From an uncultured Chloroflexia bacterium (GTDB taxonomy: Bacteria; Chloroflexota; Anaerolineae; JAAYZQ01): a stretch of DNA of 64,000 bases. Below are positions 10,049 through 20,368 of this stretch, piece by piece. The number at the start of each line of letters is the position of its first letter. Position 1 is the stretch's first letter. A program made the translations under genes and the position numbers. A model generated the notes under the pieces. It saw only the letters and a list, made by a program, of their open reading frames with translations, searched no databases and was not told the origin of the DNA. The DNA is taken from NCBI GenBank assembly GCA_963700285.1, contig CAVOXA010000010.1:1824001-1888000 (forward strand). Direction: 5' to 3'.

Positions 10049-11062
10049 CTAGTCTTGCGGTACGGTGGCTTTCATCCAGCCGCTTGTATTGTGAAAATGG
10101 GACACAGCCATGCCCGGTGGGTTGAGGTCGTCAAACGCCGCACACAGTTCGGGGCCGGCTTGCATCGAGGCCACCTCCAGCATTTCTTGCAGTTGCTCCA
10201 GGTTGCGGGGGCCGATGATGGGGGATGTCACCCCCGGTTGATCTTTTACCCATAGCAGAGAGACCTGCGCCGGTGTCAGTCCGTAACGGGCCGCTATCTC
10301 GGGCACGTGAGCCGCGGTCTGCAACCCCCTGCGATTGATCCGCTGGGCATAGATACCCTGCGGGTTGGCCGCCGCCCTCGAGCCTTCGGGGAAAGGCTGG
10401 TCCACGGGATAGCGTCCGGCCAGCATGCCCATGGCGATAGGCGACCAGGGCACCATCGCCAGACCGTACCGCTGGCATAGGGGCACACGCTCATTTTCCA
10501 CGCGCCGGTCCAGGAGGTTGTAGGGCGATGATTCGACTACGTATCGAGCATAGCCCTTCGACTCGCTGACCATCAGCGCCTCCATGATCTCCCATGCCGG
10601 ATGTGTGGAGCAGCCGATGTAGCGGACTTTGCCCTGGCGGACCAGATCGGTCAGGGCGCCCAGCGTCTCGTCTACCGGTATGGCAGAGCTGGCCGAACGA
10701 TGGGTCACATAGATGTCAATATGGTCGGTCTTGAGCCGACGCAAAGAGTCCTCGCAGGCGCGCATGATGTGGTGGCGGCTGAGCCCATGGTCGTTTGGGC
10801 CATCCCCGACAGGATAGTAGACTTTGGTGAGTAGAATCACCCGATCTCGCTGGCCGGTATCATTCAAAAAACGCCCAATGATCCGCTCGCTTTCGCAGTC
10901 GTTGTAATAGTTGGCCGTATCGAAGAAATTGATGCCCGCATCCAGTGCAGTCTGCATGACCTGGCGCGATGTCTCCTCCGAGGACGGGCTGCCAAAGTTG
11001 CCCGAGCCCAGGCACAAGGCTGACACCTGCACGCCGGTTCTGCCCAACGTCCTGTATTCCAT
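10049..11062 (-). CDS. Aldo/keto reductase
   Basis: MEYRTLGRTG, GINFFDTANYY, SLRRLKTDHID, GKVRYIGCS, PIIGPR. Confidence 0.93.
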   Translation of the reverse strand: MEYRTLGRTGVQVSALCLGSGNFGSPSSEETSRQVMQTALDAGINFFDTANYYNDCESERIIGRFLNDTGQRDRVILLTKVYYPVGDGPNDHGLSRHHIMRACEDSLRRLKTDHIDIYVTHRSASSAIPVDETLGALTDLVRQGKVRYIGCSTHPAWEIMEALMVSESKGYARYVVESSPYNLLDRRVENERVPLCQRYGLAMVPWSPIAMGMLAGRYPVDQPFPEGSRAAANPQGIYAQRINRRGLQTAAHVPEIAARYGLTPAQVSLLWVKDQPGVTSPIIGPRNLEQLQEMLEVASMQAGPELCAAFDDLNPPGMAVSHFHNTSGWMKATVPQD

Positions 11063-11191
11063 ATCGTCCTCCTCCTATCCGCGGGGGTTTCCTTGCGAAT
11101 GTCTGAACGGGATTGGTCGCTGCGCTCATCTTGGCCGAGCTCTGACAGCTTGCTCAAACGTTCAAGGCATCAACCTTGGCAAGGATCGTAT

Positions 11192-11596
11192 CTACTGGTG
11201 AAAGACCTCGGCCGACTCCGGTTTCAGAAACTGCTCGACCTCGTAGGTATAGCCCCCAGGGTCCTCAAAAAAGAAACAGGTCACCTGGATCTCTTCCGAG
11301 TGCTTGATCTCAGTCAGCAGTTTTACTCCCTGGCCCTTGAGATAGTCGTACCAACCGGGCACGTCGGCCACGGCCAGCGTGATCAGCACGGCATTCTTTT
11401 CCTGGGGTTTGTGAAACCCCTTGTCCCCGGCCACGAGCCCCAGGAAAGCGCTTCCACTGGTACGATAGATCTTGGCCCATCCCTGGTCCTCCACCAACTC
11501 AAAGCCAAGTACCTTCTCATAGAAGGAGGAGATGGGCTCGATGTTCGGATAATAGAGAAATGTTATCTGCGATTGGATCTTGCCTGGTCTTTGCAT
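11192..11596 (-). CDS. VOC/glyoxalase family protein
   Basis: FYEKVLGF and FFFEDPGGYTYEV motifs; GGAGG RBS before ATG 11596. Confidence 0.85.
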   Translation of the reverse strand: MQRPGKIQSQITFLYYPNIEPISSFYEKVLGFELVEDQGWAKIYRTSGSAFLGLVAGDKGFHKPQEKNAVLITLAVADVPGWYDYLKGQGVKLLTEIKHSEEIQVTCFFFEDPGGYTYEVEQFLKPESAEVFHQ

Positions 11597-11619
11597 CCTA
11601 GGCCTCCTGTGTGGAGTAG

Positions 11620-12666
11620 TCATTCACGCTGGCGCGCCGATTCCGCCATCAATTCGGCTAGGTATGGCTTCCAGATCTCGGGCAGCGAGTGCGTCCCGTG
11701 GCCCCGTGTCTTTTCACTGGTGGGAATCAACACGTATCTTCCTCGTTTGACCCGCCTTAGCTCTCGTTCCAGGATCCCAAGTTCTGGTGGATTGACCTGG
11801 TCATCGGCCGAGTTGATTGCCAACAGGAGGGCGGTGATCGTTTCCAGCGCTGGAGCTGGGTCATAGTCGCGCGAGGCATCGACCTGATACAACAAGTCGT
11901 TGGCATCAAGATCAGTCGAAAAATCCTTGACCAACTTGTCAAAGAGGTGGTCCGCTTCTGTGAGTGTGGGTGCTTGTTTTTGCCATTGCAGCGGGCTGCT
12001 GACCATGAACAGCAAGGTATGGACTGCTGAGCTAAGGCCCTGTGGTTGGTTTTTGTATTCTCCATCCTGCCATGTAGGATCATTGCGGATGGCGTCCATG
12101 ATCATGCGCCTCGTCATCCGATTCCGTCCCGCAATCTGCACGGGCAGGCAGGCCAGAGGCATAAGCGCGTCCATGAAATCTGGGTAGCGTTCGCCCCAGA
12201 GCCAGGTATGCATGCCGCCCATGGAGGTGCCCATTACCAATCGCAGATGGTTCACGCCTAGCTCTTCTGTGAGGAGCTGAAATTGGGCGCGGACCATATC
12301 GTGGTAGGCATAGCGCGGGAAACGCGCTCGCAGGCCATCGCTTGGCTTGCTCGATTGGCCGTGCCCGATGCCGTCAGGGAGAATGATATAGTATTTGTTC
12401 GCGTCCAGCAACTGTCCTGGTCCGAACAGCTCTCCGGAAAACTGCTCTCTCAGAAATGCTTTGCCGCTCCCGCCGGTGCCGTGCAAGATCAATACGGCGT
12501 TGCGTACCTCACCGGTCTTGTCTCGAGAAGGGGCTCCAAGCGCAGTGTAATGGATTCTCAGTTCTGGGAGTAGATCGCCGCTTTCGAAGGCAAAGTCCCG
12601 AATCGTGAAATCACCCCGAGTTGGACTGGAAAATCCCCATCGGGAATCTTGGGATGACTGCTTCAT
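11620..12666 (-). CDS. Alpha/beta hydrolase, homoserine O-acetyltransferase-like
   Basis: FESGDLLPELRIHY, LHGTGG, GTSMGG nucleophile elbow, GHGTH. Confidence 0.85.
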   Translation of the reverse strand: MKQSSQDSRWGFSSPTRGDFTIRDFAFESGDLLPELRIHYTALGAPSRDKTGEVRNAVLILHGTGGSGKAFLREQFSGELFGPGQLLDANKYYIILPDGIGHGQSSKPSDGLRARFPRYAYHDMVRAQFQLLTEELGVNHLRLVMGTSMGGMHTWLWGERYPDFMDALMPLACLPVQIAGRNRMTRRMIMDAIRNDPTWQDGEYKNQPQGLSSAVHTLLFMVSSPLQWQKQAPTLTEADHLFDKLVKDFSTDLDANDLLYQVDASRDYDPAPALETITALLLAINSADDQVNPPELGILERELRRVKRGRYVLIPTSEKTRGHGTHSLPEIWKPYLAELMAESARQRE

Positions 12667-12735
12667 GTCTTACTCTCCCACAAGTATTGGTACTGCGACG
12701 CAAGATCTGCAAGTTCGACGGCAGGATCTGCGCAT

Positions 12736-13713
12736 CTAGGATAGGGCGTAACCCAACCGTCGAAGGTCCTGTTCATTTCTGCGCCATTTCTGCCTGACCT
12801 TGACCCAGAGCTCCAGATAAACGCGCGTACCCAGTAGTTTTTCGATCTCGCGCCGGGCATCCTGGCCGATGCGCTTGATCATGTCCCCCTGACGGCCCAG
12901 GATGATGGCTTTTTGGGTGTCGCGCTCCACAAAGATGTTGGCGCTGATATAGGTCATGTTCTCACTGCGCTCCTTGAACTCCTGAACGATGACTGCCACC
13001 GAGTAGGGTATCTCCTGTCGCAGGTGACGGATCACTTGTTCGCGAACCAGTTCGGCGGCCATGAAGCGCAACTGCTGGTCGGTAACCTGTTCCTCTGGAT
13101 AGTAGCGGGGGCCGAGGGGTAGCTGCTTGATGGTCTCTCCAAGCAATTCGTCCAGTTTGTCGCCCTGAAGTGCCGAGATCAGAAACGAGTCATCGAACTC
13201 GCCCAAGGCCTGGTAGGCTTCTACGTGCTCGGTCGCTGCCTCCGGTGGCAGTAGATCTCCCTTGTTCAGAACCAGGATGACCGGCGTCCGGCATTGCTGG
13301 CGAAGGATCTCTGCGATCTGGAGGTCTTCGTCGCCGGGTAGCCGCGAGACGTCCACCAGGAAAAGTACGACTTCGGCATCGGGGATAGCGCGGACGGCCG
13401 TCTCGACCATATACGCGCCCAGGTCGTGCAGGGGTTGGTGGATACCCGGTGTGTCCACAAAGATGATCTGGGCATCAGCGATATCCCCTCGTTCCCGTTC
13501 CATCGTCAGGATACCGAGAAGCCGGTTGCGCGTCGTCTGCGGTTTTGGGGAAACGATGGCGATCTTTTGACCCAGGTAGGCGTTCATCAACGTCGACTTG
13601 CCCGCATTGGGCTTGCCCACCACGGCCACAAAGCCAGACCTGTGATCCGGCGGCAGGTCCTCAGGCATCAAGAGTTCTGCCAAGTCTTGTTCTATCATCG
13701 GGCCTGTACTCAT
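12736..13713 (-). CDS. era: GTPase Era
   Basis: GKPNAGKSTL, PQTTRN, DTPG, NKGD and KH domain (QEIPYS, LELWVKV). Confidence 0.97.
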   Translation of the reverse strand: MSTGPMIEQDLAELLMPEDLPPDHRSGFVAVVGKPNAGKSTLMNAYLGQKIAIVSPKPQTTRNRLLGILTMERERGDIADAQIIFVDTPGIHQPLHDLGAYMVETAVRAIPDAEVVLFLVDVSRLPGDEDLQIAEILRQQCRTPVILVLNKGDLLPPEAATEHVEAYQALGEFDDSFLISALQGDKLDELLGETIKQLPLGPRYYPEEQVTDQQLRFMAAELVREQVIRHLRQEIPYSVAVIVQEFKERSENMTYISANIFVERDTQKAIILGRQGDMIKRIGQDARREIEKLLGTRVYLELWVKVRQKWRRNEQDLRRLGYALS

Positions 13714-13728
13714 CCTACGCCTCCCGTA

Positions 13729-14418
13729 TCACGCCTCACGAACCTTGAATGGATTAAAGTCCGTATCAATATCATACACATCTTCGTTCTCCTCGCGCTT
13801 CAAAAACTCAGTGGCCCGGTAGGTGATGGGCGTCATGACCGCCTCCAGGCCGCACTTGAAGATATAGTTGGAGATGATGATGCTCCAGAACAGAGACCAG
13901 GGCAGCGCCCCGGCAAAAGCGATGGTCACAAAGAGAACAGTATCCACGCCTTGGCCCACCAGCGTGCTGCCGATAGTCCTGGTCCAGAGCCAGCGGCCCT
14001 GGGTCAGAACCTTCATCCTGGCCAGCGTGTAAGAGTTGCTAAACTCGCCGGCAAAGTAGGCGATGAGAGAGGCGAGGACGATGCGCGGCGTTGTCCCCAG
14101 GATGGCTTCATAGGCATCCTGGAACTCCCATCCCTCGGCCGGGGGTAGGGCCCCCACGACTGTGAGGACCACCGCCATCAACGCGGCGCACCCAAATCCA
14201 ACCCAAATGACCCGTCGGCTGCGTTGGTAGCCATAGACCTCTGTCAGGATGTCGCCGAAAATATAACTGATGGGAAAGAGCAATGTCCCGCCGTCAAAAG
14301 TGAAAGGGCCCATCTTCAGGATCTTGGTCGAGGCGATGTTGCTGATCAAAAGCACGGCCACAAAGAGGGCCATGATCAGGTCAAAGTACTTGTACCCTCG
14401 CTGTTCCGAATGCGTCAT
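13729..14418 (-). CDS. yhhQ: Queuosine precursor transporter (YhhQ/VUT family)
   Basis: LFPISYIFGDILTEVYG, LWTRTIGSTLVGQGVDT; start placed at MTHSEQ (14418) rather than the longer ORF. Confidence 0.88.
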   Translation of the reverse strand: MTHSEQRGYKYFDLIMALFVAVLLISNIASTKILKMGPFTFDGGTLLFPISYIFGDILTEVYGYQRSRRVIWVGFGCAALMAVVLTVVGALPPAEGWEFQDAYEAILGTTPRIVLASLIAYFAGEFSNSYTLARMKVLTQGRWLWTRTIGSTLVGQGVDTVLFVTIAFAGALPWSLFWSIIISNYIFKCGLEAVMTPITYRATEFLKREENEDVYDIDTDFNPFKVREA

Positions 14419-14425
14419 CGCCCTT

Positions 14426-15517
14426 CTACGCTTCCGCTGTTGCTTCCCGGCCTTGCTGGCGCCTTTGCATCCAGCCCACATAACGGGGCAGAATGCGGGT
14501 ATACAACCGGTACGCGGTCCGGCTGCCGGGGAAATCCCAGGCTCCGACCCCTTGGGCCACCCGCCCTCCCAGTCCGAGCTTGAAGCGCACCACACCCCAC
14601 ATCGGGTCCGACTCGTCCAGTTGATTGGGGGCGCCCCACAAGTCATAAAGGCTGCAGCCGGCGGCTTTGGCCCTGCGGATGGCCTCCCACTGCAACAGAT
14701 TGTTGGGCATGGTTTTCCGGTGACGGGTTGACGAGGCTCCGTACATGTACCAGGCTGTTGGACCAAAGGTAAAGAGGATGAGCCCGGCCAGGGCTTCGCC
14801 ATCGACCTCAGCTAGGAGGAGATGGGCCAACCCGGCCTCCAGGAAGGTACCCCATGCGTCATGGTAATAGTCCCGAGTACGGATGAGGAAGCCATCTCTT
14901 TGGGATGTTTCGGCATAGAGTTGGTAAAACAGATCCAGATCTGTGGTCGTACCCTGGCGAACGGTCACCCCACGCCGTACGGCCAGCCGCACGTTGTAGC
15001 GGGTTTTCTGCTTCATCGCCGCCATCAAGTCCTCTTCAGAGCGATTCAGATCCAATAGAACCGTGTTGCAGAACTGGATCTGTTCATCTGAATAGCGCCA
15101 GCCACGCTGTTCCAGCCGGTGGGCTGTGTCCAGAGCACATGCCGGTCTTGGCGAAAAGTCCGGCGTGCGATCAGGATAGTACACGTCAGGGTCGATTTTG
15201 ATACAGATCGCTCGTCGCTGCCGGGCCAGAGCCTCCAGATCGGCCAGAACATGCTCAACCAACGGGCGGTCGGTCCAGTCAAGGAGCGGCCCTTTGGGTA
15301 CGTACAGGAGAGATAAGGGAAAATGTTGCATTTTGCGCTGCAGCACCGACGCGGCGGCCAGGGCTTGCCCATTCTCTTGCCAGAGCAGGCGCGTGGCGTA
15401 CCAGCCGTGCCTGGCCTTGAACTCGCCCCACTCCCAGCTCTGAAGGATCTGGGGATTGGGTAGAGCTAGCAGTGCATGATCCCAAGCGTGAGCCTCGCTG
15501 ATTTGGATGGTGTGCAT
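14426..15517 (-). CDS. FemABX-family peptidyltransferase
   Basis: LQSWEWGEFK, YVPKGP, IKIDPD, MKQKTRYNVRLA, YMYGASS, YDLWG, RFKLGLGG. Confidence 0.88.
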   Translation of the reverse strand: MHTIQISEAHAWDHALLALPNPQILQSWEWGEFKARHGWYATRLLWQENGQALAAASVLQRKMQHFPLSLLYVPKGPLLDWTDRPLVEHVLADLEALARQRRAICIKIDPDVYYPDRTPDFSPRPACALDTAHRLEQRGWRYSDEQIQFCNTVLLDLNRSEEDLMAAMKQKTRYNVRLAVRRGVTVRQGTTTDLDLFYQLYAETSQRDGFLIRTRDYYHDAWGTFLEAGLAHLLLAEVDGEALAGLILFTFGPTAWYMYGASSTRHRKTMPNNLLQWEAIRRAKAAGCSLYDLWGAPNQLDESDPMWGVVRFKLGLGGRVAQGVGAWDFPGSRTAYRLYTRILPRYVGWMQRRQQGREATAEA

Positions 15518-16572
15518 CAGTCAGCCTGTCTGCGGTTGAGCCAGCCCAGCGCGCCTTTGTAAAGCTGGTATCGCAGGGGCGAGTAGACCAGGTCCCAGGC
15601 CCCGATGGTTCGCACCAAACGCCCGCCAAAGCCCCGCTTGAATCGATAGACTCCCCACAAGCCATCGCTCCTCTTGGTAAAGTCAGATTCTAGCGTGGAT
15701 TCCTCCTCATCGGGCACGCCCCACAGGTCATAGATTCGACAGCCCTGTTCTCTGGCCCAGAGCATCGCCTGCCACTGGAGCAGATAGGCGGGCATCAGAC
15801 CGCGGCTCTCGCCAGACGAGGCACCGTACATGTAGCAGGCCGTGTCGCCTGTAGCCATTACCACCAGCCCTGCTAGCAGCTTCTCCTCGTGCTCGGCCAA
15901 CAACAGGCAGCCTCGTCCCGGCTGAACGAATAGCCGGTACGCGGTATCATAGTAGGCTTGGTTGTGGATGCCAAACCCGTCCCGTTCTGCGGTGGTTTCC
16001 ATGAGGTCGTAAAAGTCCTGGAGATCGCCCTCGTTCCCAGCTCGAATTGTGACGCCTTTCCGTCCTGCCAGACGGATGTTGTAGCGCGTTTTCTGTTTCA
16101 TCCGTTGCAGCAACGCATCCGGCTCGCCTTGAAGATCTACTACGATGGTGCGGCGGGGTTGGATCGGCTGAGGGCTAGCTTCAAAGCCCATGGACATCAA
16201 TCGCGTGGCAAGTGCAGGATCGTCTTCCTCATCGGGCTCGATCTTTAGGCAGATGGCCCGCATTCGCCTGGCGCTGGGTTGAATGGCCTCCAGCAGGTCC
16301 TGCAAGGCAACGTGGCCGCCCGGCGACAGGGCAGGATCCACAACGGGTCCTTTGGGAATGTAGGCGATGGTACCCAACCCACCTGGCAGGTTGCGGTATA
16401 GTATCTGGGCGCGGGCAGGGCCTAGCTCCAGTCTCTGAACATGCCAACCGAAGCCAGATTTCAGTTCGCCCCAAGCCCAACTCTGCAGGACGTGTCCGCC
16501 GGAGGAAACGACCAAGCTGTCCCAGGAACTCGCATCGTCTGGCTGGTCAAAAAACCGCGCGCTTGACGTCAT
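15517..16572 (-). CDS. FemABX-family peptidyltransferase (second paralog)
   Basis: LQSWAWGELK, YIPKGP, LKIEPD, MKQKTRYNIRLA, YDLWG, RFKRGFGG; start at MTSSARF, upstream extension of the 572-aa ORF overlaps ecfT. Confidence 0.88.
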   Translation of the reverse strand: MTSSARFFDQPDDASSWDSLVVSSGGHVLQSWAWGELKSGFGWHVQRLELGPARAQILYRNLPGGLGTIAYIPKGPVVDPALSPGGHVALQDLLEAIQPSARRMRAICLKIEPDEEDDPALATRLMSMGFEASPQPIQPRRTIVVDLQGEPDALLQRMKQKTRYNIRLAGRKGVTIRAGNEGDLQDFYDLMETTAERDGFGIHNQAYYDTAYRLFVQPGRGCLLLAEHEEKLLAGLVVMATGDTACYMYGASSGESRGLMPAYLLQWQAMLWAREQGCRIYDLWGVPDEEESTLESDFTKRSDGLWGVYRFKRGFGGRLVRTIGAWDLVYSPLRYQLYKGALGWLNRRQAD

Positions 16573-16619
16573 GTCGTGATTATAGCATGGATCGGTGGAA
16601 AGGGGCAAAGGACCAGCGC

Positions 16620-17429
16620 TTATGGCCGGGGGTCGATGAGATCCAACCCTGCGCCCAGGCCAAAGCGCGCATACAGGACTGCCGCAAAGACCACCAGGAC
16701 AACGCTCAAGTAGACATAGTCCACGAGCCGGAAGGCGATATCGTGGTAGTAAGTCCGGCGGGCTCCGGAATATCCCAGTGCCCGGGACTCTAGCGCCTGG
16801 CCCAGTTTGTCCGCCGTGCGAAGGGCGCTGATGATCATGGCCACCAGGATCGGCAGATACTGGCGCAGACGCTGGACAAGAGATCCCTTGCCCAGATCCA
16901 GGGCGCGTGCCTGCTGGGCTTCTGATACCGTACCATAGAGCCCGTAGAAGGTGGGGATGTAGCGCAGGCTGAGGGCGAGTACCAGCCCGCCGTTGTACGG
17001 CAGCCCCAATTTGACAAAGCTGCGCACGATTTTGGTTTGGTCGGTGGTAAACATCCAGGAGAATACGAGGAAGGCGATGGCATCCAGCCGCAGTACCAGA
17101 GCCAAGCCTCGAACTGCGGCCAGGGGAGTGATCTCTAGGAACAGAAACTGGAACAGTACGGGGCCTTCTGGGTAAAAGATGACAAAGAGGACAGGGATAA
17201 GGATATTGATGGGGAGCATGCGCTTCCATACCCACCCAATGTTTTCCTTTGGGATTTTGGCAGACAGGATCAGGAGGTGGCTGAGAACCAAGGCCAGCAG
17301 AACGGCAAAGACATTTTTGAACAACAGAATGCTGACGATCCCCAGGACAACAGAGAGGACCTTGATTCGCGGGTCCATCCTATGGAGCCACGAACCCCTT
17401 TCGACGTAGAGATCGGCATTGAAGGACAC
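16620..17429 (-). CDS. ecfT: ECF transporter T component
   Basis: SWLHRMDPRIK, LRYIP, AQQARA, ALESRA motifs. Confidence 0.92.
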   Translation of the reverse strand: MSFNADLYVERGSWLHRMDPRIKVLSVVLGIVSILLFKNVFAVLLALVLSHLLILSAKIPKENIGWVWKRMLPINILIPVLFVIFYPEGPVLFQFLFLEITPLAAVRGLALVLRLDAIAFLVFSWMFTTDQTKIVRSFVKLGLPYNGGLVLALSLRYIPTFYGLYGTVSEAQQARALDLGKGSLVQRLRQYLPILVAMIISALRTADKLGQALESRALGYSGARRTYYHDIAFRLVDYVYLSVVLVVFAAVLYARFGLGAGLDLIDPRP

Positions 17430-17442
17430 GGCGCGGCACCCC

Positions 17443-18279
17443 TCAGTCTTGGGCTCTCAGCCGGGCGTAAGCATCAAAACACTCTTGCACGGTCAGAATA
17501 CCTTCAGGCATACCCAGCGGGCGCAGCCGGTTGGCCAGTTTCATGATCTGGGGCGGCTCGATCTGCGTCTGGCGGAGGGTTTCTGTCTGGCAAAAGACTG
17601 AGCGCGTATCGTCATAGAGCAGCACCTGTCCGTCCCGCAGCACCAGGGTTTGCTCGGTGAATGCGGCCGCAACTTTCATGTCATGCGTTACCATCAGGAT
17701 GGTATGCCCCTGCCGGTGCAGCTCCTGGAGCAGGAAGATCAGGTCGAGGGTGCTCTGCCAATCAAGCCCTGCTGTCGGTTCATCGAGAACCAGGATCTCC
17801 GGGCGCATGGCATATACGGCTGCGATGGTGATCTTGCGCCTCAGACCAAACCCCAACAGGGCTGGCGGCTCCTCAGCATGCGCTGCCAGCCCAAAGAGTT
17901 CCAGCGTTTCGTTGGTACGTTGTTCCACTACTTCAGGCGGCAGGCCCAGGTTTTTCGGTCCAAAGGCCAGTTCTTCGCGCGTCGACGCGCAAAAGATCTG
18001 GTGATCGGGATTCTGGAACACATAGCCCACCAATCTTGCCAACTGCCCTATGGAACGCTGGCTGGTATCCTGGCCGTCAACCAGGACGCGCCCCCGTGCT
18101 GGCCGGAGCAACCCGTTTAGGTGCTTGACCAACGTCGTTTTTCCCGAGCCATTCTGGCCCAGTATGGCCAGGAAGGTACCCCGCGGTATCTCGAGGCTGA
18201 TCCCCCGCAGGGCAACGATCTCGTCGCTGTATTGGTACCACAAGTCCTCAGTGGTGATGCACGGGCCGTTCTCATCCAC
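17443..18279 (-). CDS. ecfA2: ECF transporter ATPase (EcfA')
   Basis: GQNGSGKT, FQNPDHQ, LDEPTAGLD. Confidence 0.9.
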   Translation of the reverse strand: MDENGPCITTEDLWYQYSDEIVALRGISLEIPRGTFLAILGQNGSGKTTLVKHLNGLLRPARGRVLVDGQDTSQRSIGQLARLVGYVFQNPDHQIFCASTREELAFGPKNLGLPPEVVEQRTNETLELFGLAAHAEEPPALLGFGLRRKITIAAVYAMRPEILVLDEPTAGLDWQSTLDLIFLLQELHRQGHTILMVTHDMKVAAAFTEQTLVLRDGQVLLYDDTRSVFCQTETLRQTQIEPPQIMKLANRLRPLGMPEGILTVQECFDAYARLRAQD

Positions 18280-19153
18280 GTCGGACCGCTTTCTGCTCAG
18301 ATGCCTCCAGTTGCCCGGCTAGCGCAGTGTATGCGTCATCCAGACGGACGAATCCATAGTCGGTGCCCAACCGGCGGTTGTGCAGATCCCCAAACTGGCT
18401 TACCTGGGGGACTGACAAACCGATCCTTTCCATGGCCCCCACCTGGCCAAAGACTTCACTGGGAGTGCCTTCCATCGCGACCACGCCATCTTCCAAGACC
18501 ACCACCCAATCCGAGAACTCGGCGATGGTTTCTGCATCCTGTTCAACCATGATGATGGTCATGCCCTCTTGGCGTTTCAGCTCCTGTACTACTTGGAATA
18601 CCTCTGTGGTGCCGACAGGATCCAGTCCCGATGTCGGCTCGTCCAGCACCATGATTTTGGGCTGCATGGCCAAGATGGAGGCGATGGCGACGCGCTGTTT
18701 CTGTCCTCCTGAAAGATGAAAGGGCGACCGCCGGCGGAAAGCCTGCATGCCAACGATGCCCAACGCCCAATCGATCCGCTCGGCGATGATAGCTGGCTCA
18801 ACACCGAGGCTTTCAGGGCCAAAGGCTACCTCGTCCTCGACCGTCATATTGAAAAACTGGCTCTCAGGGTCTTGAAATACGATCCCTACCATGGAGGCCA
18901 GGGTAGCCACATCAGCTTCCCTGGTATTCAACCCTTGTATCCACACGTCACCGCCAAAGACACCACCGGTTGAGTGGGGAACGATACCGTTGAGTGCCAG
19001 GCAGAGCGTGGTTTTGCCCACGCCGGTGGGGCCCATGATGGACACAAACCTGCCGCTCTCAACGAGCAGATCCAGACCCTTGAAGACAGAAACTGGCTGC
19101 CCTTTGGCGACCAGCGAAGGGTAGGAGAAATGCAGGTTTGAGATCTGAATCAT
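18272..19153 (-). CDS. ecfA1: ECF transporter ATPase (EcfA)
   Basis: GPTGVGKT, FQDPESQ, LSGGQKQR, LDEPTSGLD; start placed at MIQISNL. Confidence 0.9.
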   Translation of the reverse strand: MIQISNLHFSYPSLVAKGQPVSVFKGLDLLVESGRFVSIMGPTGVGKTTLCLALNGIVPHSTGGVFGGDVWIQGLNTREADVATLASMVGIVFQDPESQFFNMTVEDEVAFGPESLGVEPAIIAERIDWALGIVGMQAFRRRSPFHLSGGQKQRVAIASILAMQPKIMVLDEPTSGLDPVGTTEVFQVVQELKRQEGMTIIMVEQDAETIAEFSDWVVVLEDGVVAMEGTPSEVFGQVGAMERIGLSVPQVSQFGDLHNRRLGTDYGFVRLDDAYTALAGQLEASEQKAVRRG

Positions 19154-19170
19154 TGCCACACAGTACGAGC

Positions 19171-19704
19171 TTAGGCCTCGGTCCAGGTTCTGCCCATTCC
19201 CATGCGGTCGATGGGTGGGTAAGCCTTGCGAATGGCCAGGACGAGGGGGATGCCGATCAACCCGCCAACCACCATCTGGATCAAGTTGGGTCCCACCTCG
19301 GCCAGTGCTCCGGCAAAGCCCAGGCCATAGATGAACCACTCGCCGAAAAAGTAAACCAGAATGAGTGCGATGGAGCCGATGGCCCAGCCCGCGATCATGC
19401 CCACAACGCCCTTCTTGTAGCCAAAATAGCCGGCCAGAAAGCCCTGCAAGCCGTGGGCGATGAGCGTTATCGGCGCCCAGGCCGCATAGCCACTCAGGAT
19501 ATCTGCGATGGCGCAACCTACGCCTCCGGCGATGCTACCGACGATGGGGCCAAAAGCAAAGGCTGCAAAGTACACACCGACATCGCCAAAGTGGATGTAG
19601 CCCCCTGTGGCCGGAATGGGGATCTGAACGGCGAAGGTTAGGACTGCGACGACTGCTACCATCACGGCAATGACCGCCAATGTGGTCACAGTAATTTTGC
19701 CCAT
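19171..19704 (-). CDS. ECF transporter S component (substrate uncertain, HmpT/PdxU-like)
   Basis: IPIPATGGYIHFGD, GVGCAIADILSGY..WAP; first gene of the ECF operon. Confidence 0.85.
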   Translation of the reverse strand: MGKITVTTLAVIAVMVAVVAVLTFAVQIPIPATGGYIHFGDVGVYFAAFAFGPIVGSIAGGVGCAIADILSGYAAWAPITLIAHGLQGFLAGYFGYKKGVVGMIAGWAIGSIALILVYFFGEWFIYGLGFAGALAEVGPNLIQMVVGGLIGIPLVLAIRKAYPPIDRMGMGRTWTEA

Positions 19705-19807
19705 GATCGCTCCTCTTTTCTCCTCCAATGAGAATGCACGTCTGTGCCAATGAACGCCAGGTAAAAAGTTGTCGCTGCTATGTTGCGGTGTCCCTGCCTG
19801 CTTGTAT

Positions 19808-19836
19808 CCTTATACCAGAAAGAACTGTCCTTGTCA
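19808..19836 (-). promoter_or_regulatory. Sigma70-type promoter of the ECF operon
   Basis: Minus strand TTGACA-N17-TATAAG. Confidence 0.6.
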
Positions 19837-20005
19837 AACCCAGAGCACGCCATCCGGCAATCGTGAGGACCTGGGAATGTGAAGGTTGGAACTTGCCTTT
19901 TCCCTGGACCTGTGGCATAATGGCTCGGCCTTGAGATGCTGGGATCGAGTGGGCTCGATCCCAGAAAGGTTGAATCCACTCGCTCTAACCTGAAAAAGGG
20001 GGAGG

Positions 20006-20368
20006 ATGACATTGCTGTCAGACTATAACTTTATCGGGATCTTTGTGGTCGTTGTGCTGATCTTTCCCTTTATCGCTTTGGGGTTGGCATGGCTGTTGCG
20101 CCCAAAGAAGCCCAATCCCGTCAAGACCGACACCTTTGAGTGCGGCCTCCAGACTTTCGGCGACACTTGGGTCCAGTTTCGCGCCCAATACTTTGTCTAT
20201 GCCCTGGTCTTTGTCGTTTTCGACATTGAGGCCGTTTTTCTTTTCCCCTGGGCGGTGGCCTATGACAAAGTTGGGATCTGGGCGTTTGTCGAAGCTCTTT
20301 TGTTCCTCGCCATTCTTACCGTTGGCTTGGTCTATGCTTGGCGCAAGGATGCCCTGCAGCTGCAATAG
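20006..20368 (+). CDS. nuoA: NADH-quinone oxidoreductase subunit A
   Basis: FECG loop, FVVFDIEAVFLFPWAV, YAWRK. Confidence 0.95.
   Translation: MTLLSDYNFIGIFVVVVLIFPFIALGLAWLLRPKKPNPVKTDTFECGLQTFGDTWVQFRAQYFVYALVFVVFDIEAVFLFPWAVAYDKVGIWAFVEALLFLAILTVGLVYAWRKDALQLQ

Noticed and set aside
15517-19516. Long ORF versions 15517..17235 (572 aa) and 18272..19516 (414 aa), likewise 13729..14802, 51998..53281 and 38331..39863
   Set aside because: The N-terminal extensions are out-of-frame overlaps of upstream genes or lack an RBS; family similarity begins only at the downstream starts annotated.
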